Shown here one piece after another: positions 36,442 to 44,938 of a stretch of DNA of 64,000 bases. A program made the position numbers and the translations under genes. Position 1 is the first letter of the stretch. The number at the start of each line of letters is the position of its first letter. Location of the stretch: NCBI GenBank assembly GCA_963764715.1, contig CAVXTP010000012.1, positions 32,001 through 96,000 on the forward strand, written 5' to 3'. This DNA comes from an uncultured Acidobacteriota bacterium. GTDB lineage: Bacteria; Acidobacteriota; Thermoanaerobaculia; UBA5066; Gp7-AA6. The notes under the pieces are model-generated. The model had not been told where the DNA came from. It saw nothing but the letters and a program-made list of their open reading frames with translations, and did no database searches.

Positions 36442-38187
36442 TCACCGGGAAAGAAAGGCGCGCAGCCACTCGAGAACCGCCCAGGTCGCGTCGAGGTCCT
36501 CCTCGTTGTAGGCGAGGATCTCGCGGACGATGGCCTCGCGGGCGGCGGGGTCGTTGGATTCGGTGGCCTCGATGTACCTGGCGATCGACCAGGTGCCGTT
36601 GGCGGAGGTGTCGCGGCGGTGGAAGCCGACGAAGGTCTCGACGACCTTGAGGGAATAGCTCGGGAGCGGGAGGACGACCGAGTTGCGGACGACGGACAGC
36701 AGGTCGACGAGGTTGGACAGCACGCGTGCGGCCACACCGGAGGGGGCGGGGACAAGCCCCGCCCCTACGACCGGGGACGCGACGGCCTGACCATCCGGAA
36801 CATCCGCGCTCTCGTCGTAGGGGCGGGATGTCGCCGTCCTTCGGACGGCGTCTCCTACTGCTGCGGGTTTGCCTTCGGTGGCCGGACCGTGCCCGCCCGC
36901 CTCCACGACCGGGGACGCGACGGCCTGACCATCCGGAACATCCGCGCTCTCGTCGTAGGGGCGGCCCTTGCGGCCGCCCATCCCTGGAGGGGATAGAGCT
37001 GCGTCGCCGTAGCGCCTGACGTACTCGGTGATGCGGGTCTTCTCGTGGCTGCTCCAGGCGACGAACGGGAGGTCGGGGCCGTACTCGGTGAAGAGGCGGT
37101 CGGCGAGCTCCAGGAAGGCGAACCAGCCTTCGCGGTCGCCGTCGGGGCCGAATCCCGACTGGGCGGGCATGTAGCTCGAAGGCTTCTCGCCGAACACCTT
37201 AACGCCCCAGAGGTAGGTGCGATCGAGCTCGTCGGCGTAGGGCGGCAGTCCCTCGAGATCGAGAATCGCGAAGTTGGGCGCGGCCGGGGGCTCGGGGGCG
37301 TCGTCGAGACGGATGGCGGCCTTCGACATCCAGGACTCGGCGCTCCGGACGAGCGGCGCGACGAAGTCCTTCGGCCGCGGCTTCCGCACGCCGGTCCAGA
37401 AGTAGTCGCGAAGGGCGGGGTCGTCGACCGCCTTCGGGATGTCCGCGATCGTGCGAATGCCGAGGCGGTCGAACTCGCGCGCGCGGTTCTGATTGACGCG
37501 GTAGAGCAGCGCGACGTCCTGCCGGGCCTCGGCCTCGGCGCGGCAGCGGTCCTCGAAGCCGCAGCCGGCGCACTTGGTCCAGCCGGTGGGCTCGTAGACG
37601 GCGGGATCGGCGGCGCGCATGGCGAGGTGCTCGCGCAGGGCATCGAGGACGGACTTCTCCCCCTCGTACGCCACGGCCACGATGTCGTCGTCGCCGGCGT
37701 GGACCTCGAGCTCCGTCGGGCGCTTGCCGGCGACGCGCTCGAAGAGGAAGCCGTAGATCTGGAGCTGCGCGGGGATCCCCCGGTGGCGCGGCGAGAAGAC
37801 GTTGCGGGCGAGCTTGGAGTCGCGGATCTTGTAGCCGCCGCGCGCGGCGTCGCGGATCAGGAAGTCGGGCTCGCCGACGAGCTCGAGCGTTTCGCCGTCG
37901 AGGCGGAGCTCGAGGCGCAAGCGCGGCTGGTAGATCGCGGCGGCGCCGTCGCGGATCGCCTCGAGGGTCGCGCGCTCGCGCCCGGCCGGATCGAGCCCGG
38001 CCAGGTCGACGAGGCCGGCGAGGCTCGCGAGATGGCTCTCCTCGTGGAGGTGGCCGAGGTTCCGCAGGAGCTCGACGAAGGCGGTGTCGGTGTCCTGCTC
38101 CTCGACGCCACGGGCGCGCAGGGCCACCCGCCGAACGCATTCGGAGGGCTTGAAGTAGTCGTAGACGTCGGTGGCTTTGAAGCGCAA
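36442..38187 (-). CDS. TM0106-family RecB-like nuclease with RNase H-like C-terminal domain and in-frame REP insertion
   Basis: G..HE, GEPDFLIR...Y.IRDSKLAR, QL.IY, C..C.F..RC; DLEG, SYSLK.VE, YNEEDL.AT; TTG start inferred. Confidence 0.85.
   Translation of the reverse strand: MRFKATDVYDYFKPSECVRRVALRARGVEEQDTDTAFVELLRNLGHLHEESHLASLAGLVDLAGLDPAGRERATLEAIRDGAAAIYQPRLRLELRLDGETLELVGEPDFLIRDAARGGYKIRDSKLARNVFSPRHRGIPAQLQIYGFLFERVAGKRPTELEVHAGDDDIVAVAYEGEKSVLDALREHLAMRAADPAVYEPTGWTKCAGCGFEDRCRAEAEARQDVALLYRVNQNRAREFDRLGIRTIADIPKAVDDPALRDYFWTGVRKPRPKDFVAPLVRSAESWMSKAAIRLDDAPEPPAAPNFAILDLEGLPPYADELDRTYLWGVKVFGEKPSSYMPAQSGFGPDGDREGWFAFLELADRLFTEYGPDLPFVAWSSHEKTRITEYVRRYGDAALSPPGMGGRKGRPYDESADVPDGQAVASPVVEAGGHGPATEGKPAAVGDAVRRTATSRPYDESADVPDGQAVASPVVGAGLVPAPSGVAARVLSNLVDLLSVVRNSVVLPLPSYSLKVVETFVGFHRRDTSANGTWSIARYIEATESNDPAAREAIVREILAYNEEDLDATWAVLEWLRAFLSR
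36745..37002. repeat. Intragenic composite REP array (258 bp, in frame)
   Basis: REPs at 36744, 36817 (with nested element) and 36955; duplicated ~50-bp spacer. Confidence 0.85.
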
Positions 38188-38255
38188 GGCGGGAGTCTCC
38201 CCTGTCGAGGGGATTGTGGCAGGTGCGGTGGGACAGATGAGGTCCGAGGCGGAGA

Positions 38256-38354
38256 GGGCGGGGACGAGCCCCGCCCCTGCGACGGGAGTTTCAGAGTTCA
38301 CAGCCGTCCGGGACATTCGCGCCCTCGTCGTAGGGGCGGCCCTTGTGGCCGCCC
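38256..38354. repeat. REP doublet (left copy degenerate)
   Basis: gggcggggacgagccccgcccctgc...GTAGgggcggcccttgtggccgccc. Confidence 0.8.
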
Positions 38355-38368
38355 GTCCCCGAAAGCGA

Positions 38369-39265
38369 TTACGACCGGGAGGCCAGGGCTTCCACCAGGC
38401 CGTCGACCAGGAGCGCCGCCTGGGAGCCGTTCGGGTCCTTCTCGGCGTTCAGCTCGGTCACGGCGATCGCGGCGCAGGTGGGGGCGGCGACGAAGACTTT
38501 CAGCGCGGCGAAGGCCGGGGCGAGGTCGAGGCCGCGGGGATGGTGGACGTCGGCGGCGGGACACCTCGTCACGTCGACGTCGAAGTGGAGGAGGAACGCG
38601 TCCGAACGGCCCTGCACCACCGACAGCGCCTCGCGGGCCGCCGCGGCCGCGGCCGGACGAACGCGAGCCAGCGGGTATTTCGCCATGCGCGAGCGGTCCA
38701 GGACCTCCCGCTCGGGAGGATCGAGGAAGCCGGACTCGTCGTCATAGCCGAAGAGGACGATGTCCTCCTCCTGGAGGAGCGGGGTTCTCGGCCCGGCGGC
38801 GGCTAGCTCTGGAACACCGCGTCCCAGAATGTGCGCCATGACCATCCCGTCGAAGATCCCCGACTCAGTCGTCTCGGGGGTGTTGAGGTCCACGTCGCCG
38901 TCGAAGTAGAGGAGGCCGAGGCGCGGGAAATGGCGCAGCAGCCCCGCGAGGACGCCGAGGCTGATCGTGCAGTCGCCTCCCAGCACCAGCGGCACTCGGC
39001 CGCTCGCGACGGCCCGGGCGACCGCGTCCGCGGTCTGCCGGGCGACTTCGACGACGAGATCGGCGTTTTGTCGGCGCGGGTGGCCCGGGTCGGGACGGTA
39101 GGCGACGGCGGGCATGTCGCCGGAGTCCACGACGTCGAGGCCCGCCGCGATGAGCCGCTCGAGCAGGGCGGCCGCCCGGAAAGCGGCCGGCGCGCCCTCC
39201 TGTCCGGTTCGGCGAGCTCCCGCGCTCGAAGGCACGCCGATCAGGGCAAGTCCCGGCATCCGCAT
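38369..39265 (-). CDS. Arginase family protein
   Basis: LIGVP, LGGDCT, YFDGDVDLNTP, LHFDVDV, VTELN..KD. Confidence 0.85.
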   Translation of the reverse strand: MRMPGLALIGVPSSAGARRTGQEGAPAAFRAAALLERLIAAGLDVVDSGDMPAVAYRPDPGHPRRQNADLVVEVARQTADAVARAVASGRVPLVLGGDCTISLGVLAGLLRHFPRLGLLYFDGDVDLNTPETTESGIFDGMVMAHILGRGVPELAAAGPRTPLLQEEDIVLFGYDDESGFLDPPEREVLDRSRMAKYPLARVRPAAAAAAREALSVVQGRSDAFLLHFDVDVTRCPAADVHHPRGLDLAPAFAALKVFVAAPTCAAIAVTELNAEKDPNGSQAALLVDGLVEALASRS

Positions 39266-39350
39266 GGCAGTTCACCAGAACCCGCGATGCCGCGGAAAGG
39301 TTGCGGAGAAGCTTGAACGCGCTGCCCGGGCCGACCTCTGCCCTATCGCC

Positions 39351-42184
39351 CTAGCGGCCGCCCGGCGCCTTCTCTCGCGTCCCCTGCGCCTGGAAGCGCC
39401 AGAGGCTGCTGCGAATCGATACGCCGACGGCCAGGAGGGAGCCGTCGCGGCTCCAGGCGGGATATTGAAGGTCGCCGTCGAAGGTCACGGGGAGCCGCTC
39501 GAGCGCCGCCGTGACCGGGTCGAGGAGCGCGACGCCGCGGAACATCGTGTCGGGCGACGTGACGGTGACCGCGATCCGGCCGTCGGGGCCGACCGCCGAC
39601 CCGGAGATCGGGACCGGCGCGAGCCGAAGCGGGCTCGCGAAGAGGATCGAGAATTCGGAGCCGCCGTCGAGCGGGACGCGCGAGAGCTGGACTCCGTCGA
39701 CCGCGTTGACCTGGACGATGAGCGCCGGGGACGGGCCGCGCGGATCGACCGCGACGCCGTTGGCGGGGCGGAGCTTCCGTGGAGCACCTCCCTCGATTCC
39801 GACCGAGAAGAGCGATCCCGCATTGACGTAGTAGAGCGTCCGTCCGTCGGGGGACGCCACGAGGCTCTGCGGAGCGATCCCCCGCGTCTCCTCGATCCGG
39901 CGGACGATTCGCCCCTCCGGGATCTTCGCCACCGTGATGAGGGGAGGCTGGCCGACGCTGCCGGAAAGGAAAGCCACGAGATTCTCGCCCACGAGCGTCG
40001 ACGGCGGCGTCGCCTGCTCGGCGGAATCGAGGAACGGCCGCATCTGTCCGTCGGGCGCGGAGATCACGAGCCTCCGGCGCCCGAGGACCTGGTTGGGAAC
40101 GAGGACACCGCCGTCGGGTAGCTCGACGGGGCTCGATGCCAGGTTGCCGGCCATCGTGACGAGCTGATCCGGAACGCCTCCCACCGGCGGGAATCGGAGA
40201 AGCTCGGCGGGACTGTCCAGGGTGCTGACGAACAGGCTGCCGCCGGCGCCGGAGTCCATCCCCCACGGTTTCCCGGTCACCGGAAACAGGATCCGGCTCA
40301 CTTCCCCGTCGAGCGACACCGAGATCGCGTGCTGAAGGTCGCCGAAAGTCACGAAAGCGAGGACCGAGCGGCCGTCCTCGCCGATCGCGAGCGGCGGAGC
40401 GAGCGGAAGCTGCGGCGCGAACGCGGTGGCCTTCCCCGTCGCGACATCCAGGAGATAGACGCGGCGCGCGGGATCGTTCGAGCCCGCCAGGCGGCCCCAG
40501 AAGACCGCCGTCTTCCCGTCGGGAAAGGCGCGCACGCTCCAGGTTCCGCCCTCGGCCACGACGGCGGGCCCGAGCGGCGCCAGGACGCCGGTGTCGGGGC
40601 GGAAGCGGTGGATCTGGAAATTCCGCGCGGCGTCGCGCTTGACGACGAGGAGGCTTCCGTCGGGCAGCGCCTCCGGCCCCTGAGCGTCCTCGAGCACGGC
40701 TCTCTCCTCGCCGCCGAGGGGCGGAACGCTGAAGATGCCGCGGGGGACGTCGCTGACGCGATCGAAGAACAGCTTGTCGCCGTCACGGGACCAGCAGACC
40801 TTGAAGACGGAGCCGGCGTCGCCGCGCTTCGTCAGGACGTTCCAGTCGCCCGAGGACGGCTTCATGACCGCCACCTGCGACCGGCCGGCCACGATCGTCA
40901 GAAACGCCAGCGCCTGGCCGTCCGGAGAGCTGCGCGGAGCCATGACGCGCGTCATCGGCCCGACGAGCAGGTTGCCCTTCCAGATCGGCGCCGAAGCGTC
41001 GGCCTGCTTGCCGCGGAACCAGTTGCCGGCGAAGGCGCCTCCCAGGAAGAGCGCGAGACCGAGACCGAGGACGAGCCCGAATTCGCGAGCGCGGCGGGCC
41101 TTCGCGCGTGACGGGACGGGCGCGGGGGTCAGATCGTCGAGGCCGGCGCCGCCTCGCGGACGCTCGACGGCCGGGCCGGGACTGCCGGGCTCGCCGCCGG
41201 CGCATCCACGCGGCGGGATTCGCGGTCGCCGGAGTGCTGAAAGTCGGAGAGGTTGTCCCGGATCTGCTTGAGCTCCCGCGCGAGCTCCGCGGTCGAGCCG
41301 TAGCGGTCGGCGGGGTCCTTCGCCAGGCAGCGTTCGATCGCCCAGCGCAGCGGAGGCGGCACGCGGGGATCCAGGCCCTCGAGCGGGAGCGGCTCCTCCT
41401 GGATGATCGCCGAGAGCGTCTGGACGGGTGTCGCGCGGTGGAAGAGACGGCGCCGGGTCAGCATCTCGTAGAAGACGAGGCCGGCGGAGAACTGGTCGGA
41501 GCGGAAATCGAGCGGCCGCTCGGCCGCCTGCTCGGGCGACATGTAGTCGGGAGTCCCGATGATCAGGCCCACTTTGGTCAGCGACGCGTCGGGCACCACC
41601 GCAGCGCCGTGCGACGGTCCCTGGAGCTTCGCCAACCCGAAGTCCAGGATCTTCACGAACCCGTCCTGCGTGACCATGATGTTCTCGGGCTTCAGGTCGC
41701 GGTGCACGATGCCGGCCTGGTGCGCCTTGGCGAGACCGCTCGCGATCTGCGCGGCGATGTCGAGAGTCTTCTTGACTGGCAGCGGCCCGTTCTCCATGAA
41801 GTGCCGCAGCGTCCAGCCGTCGATGAGCTCCATCGCGAGATACGGCGAGGAATCCGCGCGGCCGACCTCGAAGATCGTGACGATGTTGGGATGATTCAGC
41901 GCGGATGCGGAGCGGGCCTCGAGCGCGAAGCGCGCGAGCCCTTCCGTGTTCGAGAGGAGCTCCCTCGGCAGAACCTTCAGCGCGACCTTGCGGCCGAGGC
42001 GCGTGTCCAGGGCGCGGTAGACCTCGCCCATTCCGCCGACGCCGAGCCGATCGATGATCTGGAAAGCGCCGAGCAGGGCTCCTGGCTGCAGCGAAGCGCG
42101 CGGATCGTCGGCGGCCGCGGCTCGCCGTCCGAGCGCGGGAGAAAGCGTGGCGATTCCGCCGCCTGGCGAATCCTGCTTCAACAC
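39351..42184 (-). pseudogene. Ser/Thr kinase with TM and TolB/WD40-like propeller, split by one frameshift near 41130 (start uncertain)
   Basis: Kinase motifs in ORF 41129-42184; TM and SPDG repeats continue in the 39351 frame. Confidence 0.8.
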
Positions 42185-42461
42185 CGCCTCGGCGGAGGGG
42201 CCAGGCGTGCCGGGCTCGGGGCGGCCGGCGACGAGGCGCGGCCCCGCCGAAAGCCACCGTCCTGCATGGGAGTCACGGCAAGAGACGGACGCAAGGCGGG
42301 AGCCATGTCACGAGGAAAGCCAAGTTACTGTGGGATAAAGAATTAGCGATGACCCGCGAGCCGGCCGGTGCAAAAAAACGTCAGCGCGGCCGGAATCGTG
42401 TGAATAAAGAGGTCGCCCGGATCGGGTCGGCGGCGGCGCTCACCCCCCATCGAAATCGGGC

Positions 42462-42492
42462 AAAGACAAAGGCGGGGGCTGGCCCCCGCCTT
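42462..42492 (-). terminator. Intrinsic terminator candidate
   Basis: aaggcggggg/cccccgcctt stem followed by TTTGTCTTT on the minus strand, 25 nt after the stop at 42518. Confidence 0.6.
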
Positions 42493-42517
42493 CGCGGACT
42501 TCAGCGAGGTTTTCGAG

Positions 42518-43228
42518 CTAGAGACGCGACACGGGAACCGGGATCAGATCGGGTGAAGAAGCGCCGAGGCCCATGATCGAGGTCTTCCTCTGCGTGCGGC
42601 GACGGCGGAGCAGCGTGATGATGCCGACCATCGCGGCGACGACGAGGAGGGCGAGCAGCCAGCCGCCCAGGCCCATGCTGACGCTTCCTTCGGCCGGAGT
42701 CTCGATGATCACGGACTTCGACGCGGCCGGCGGGGGCGCCTGGCTCTTCGCGGGAGCCGTGCTGGCCGATGCGTTGGCCGGAGGCAGGGTTTCGAGCGCG
42801 CTCGAGGCTGCCGGGGCCGTCGCGGCCGCGGCCACTGCCGGGGCCGGGAGCGGCTCAACGGCTTGCGACGCTACGATGGCGGGCTTCGCGACGGGTTTGT
42901 CGGCGGGCTTCTTCGCGGTCCTCTTCGTGACGTGCGTGGTGGTCGTCGTGACGACCGCTTTCTCCGGCTCGGGCTGAACGATCGCCACCGCGGCGGGAGC
43001 AACGGTCAGGGCGCTCGGATCGATGGTGACGGCGGGGTCGACGGCCAGCAGGTTGGGGTCGGGGACCGGTTCCGTCGCGGTCACGGGAAGCTCCGGAAGG
43101 ACGGCGACGGGCGCGGCGACGTCCGGGGCCGGTGGCGGGGGCGGCGCGCTGGCCTCCTGGGCCGAGGCGAATCCGGCCGCCACGGTGAGAAGCATCGCGG
43201 CCATGAACAAGCGGAAGGTGGATCGCAT
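42518..43228 (-). CDS. Ala/Pro-rich surface protein with C-terminal TM anchor and basic tail
   Basis: AAGGAG RBS, signal peptide, low-complexity stalk, TM followed by RRRR. Confidence 0.75.
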   Translation of the reverse strand: MRSTFRLFMAAMLLTVAAGFASAQEASAPPPPPAPDVAAPVAVLPELPVTATEPVPDPNLLAVDPAVTIDPSALTVAPAAVAIVQPEPEKAVVTTTTTHVTKRTAKKPADKPVAKPAIVASQAVEPLPAPAVAAAATAPAASSALETLPPANASASTAPAKSQAPPPAASKSVIIETPAEGSVSMGLGGWLLALLVVAAMVGIITLLRRRRTQRKTSIMGLGASSPDLIPVPVSRL

Positions 43229-43473
43229 GATTTTTCTCCTTCGCCGATGGAAGTCGAGCGAAGACACCACGGCGGGGCGCCCAGCATTCTCGTCGGTTGT
43301 TCGGTCGGGATTCGTCAGAGATCTGGCAAAGGGCGAGCGAGGCGAGAACGAATCGACTGTACCACCTCGATGGGGCGCGTGCGCGGCAATCGACGAGCGT
43401 TAGAAACGTCGAAGATGATCGGCGCGGCGCACGAGGGTACGATTCCCCTCAACTCGATTCCGCAGGAGGACCG

Positions 43474-44529
43474 ATGCTGCTCGCCCTGTCGATCTCTCCC
43501 CTTCTTCTCACGGGTGCGCTCGCCGCGGCGCCTGCCGACCCTGCACCGATCGAGATCGGAACGGCACGCGGCGTCCCGGGGCATGCCGTGCGCGGGTGGC
43601 TCAAGGTCGCCGAGGCGGCGGACGGGACGGCGGTCTCTCTTCCCCTCGTCGTCGTGACGGGCGTGCGCCCCGGCCCGGTCGTGTGGCTCGAGGCGAGCGC
43701 GCACGGCGACGAGTACGGCGGGCCGCGCGCGATGCAGGAGCTCGTGCGAAGCCTCGATCCGCAGGCGATGTCGGGGACGGTCGTCGCGGTGATGATCGCC
43801 AATCCCCTGGCCTTCCGGGCGCTCCAGCGGGTCAACCCGAACCTCGACGATCTGATGGACTTCGGGGACGCGTTTCCGGGGCGGGAGCGCTTCGCGACGG
43901 AGCGGATCGGCGCCGTCGTGACGGCCGAGGTCAAGCGCGTCGCGCAGTACTTCGTCGACTTCCACACGGGCGGCGACCGGTTCCGGCAGCAGCCGTTCGT
44001 CTTCTATTCGGTGACGGGCAAGGTGCCCGCCGACCGGTACGACGAGCTCGCGCGCGGGTTCGGAGTGCCGACGCTCTGGCGGGACACGGAGTCGGTCTTC
44101 TCGCACGACGCGACGACGATCTTCTCGGCCGAGGGGATCCCGTCGTTTCTCCTCGAGGTCGGGGGCGGGCAGCCGCTCGAGGCGAAGGACGTGAAGTACC
44201 AGGCCGACGCGGCGCGGGGCTTCCTGCGGGCGGTCGGAGTCCTGCCGGGCGAGCCGGAGCGGCCGGCGGCCCACACGCTCCTGACGGGCTACCGGATCGT
44301 CACGAATGCGCGGGGCGGGTTCTTCGAGCCCGCGGTCCAGCCGGGAGACCGGGTGCGGGCGGGATCGGTCCTGGGAAAGATCGTGGACGTCTGGGGCGAT
44401 ACCGTCGAGACGCTGACGGCGCCGGCGGGAGCGGACGTGGTGCTGGGGGTGAGCACCTACCCGGCGGCGGCAACGGGCGGCTGGCTCTTCGAGCTGGGAA
44501 CGGGGCTTCGGGAGGTCCCGTCGAAGTAG
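43474..44529 (+). CDS. Succinylglutamate desuccinylase/aspartoacylase (M14) family protein
   Basis: HGDE, DFHTGG, LEVGGG; AGGAGG RBS. Confidence 0.88.
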   Translation: MLLALSISPLLLTGALAAAPADPAPIEIGTARGVPGHAVRGWLKVAEAADGTAVSLPLVVVTGVRPGPVVWLEASAHGDEYGGPRAMQELVRSLDPQAMSGTVVAVMIANPLAFRALQRVNPNLDDLMDFGDAFPGRERFATERIGAVVTAEVKRVAQYFVDFHTGGDRFRQQPFVFYSVTGKVPADRYDELARGFGVPTLWRDTESVFSHDATTIFSAEGIPSFLLEVGGGQPLEAKDVKYQADAARGFLRAVGVLPGEPERPAAHTLLTGYRIVTNARGGFFEPAVQPGDRVRAGSVLGKIVDVWGDTVETLTAPAGADVVLGVSTYPAAATGGWLFELGTGLREVPSK

Positions 44530-44849
44530 GGGCGGCCCTTGCGGCCGCCCTCCCCGGAGAGGGCGGGGACGAGCCCCGCCCCTACGAACCAGGGCCCTCT
44601 CGAGCCGAACCTCCGGCTCCGGTCGTAGGGGCGGCCCTTGCGGCCGCCCACCCCGGAGAGGGCGGGGACAAGCCCCGCCCCTACGAACCAGGGCCCTCTC
44701 AAGCCGAACCTCCGGCTCCGGTCGTAAGGGCCCGGCCCTTGCGGCCGCCCTCCCCGGAGAGGGCGGGGACGAGCCCCGCCCCTACGAACCAGGGCCCTCT
44801 CAAGCCGAACCTCCGGCTCCGGTCGTAGGGGCGGCCCTCGCGGCCGCCC
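44526..44849. repeat. BIME-like tandem array, three ~99-bp units plus a final REP
   Basis: GTAG/GTAA starts at 44526, 44625, 44724, 44825. Confidence 0.9.
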
Positions 44850-44938
44850 TCCAATGACATGAACGGGCGGGCCCCGCCCTGCTTCGGGCATAGACTGCAC
44901 AGCCGAAGCCCTCCCCCTCTGACAAGAAGGAGTCGCCG

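Noticed and set aside
36442-38187. Cas4/CRISPR-associated nuclease or intein/intron in this gene
   Set aside because: No cas context; the insert is REP-derived and has no intein terminal residues or intron features
44526-44849. CRISPR array
   Set aside because: The spacers are themselves repeated; the structure is a REP/BIME tandem array
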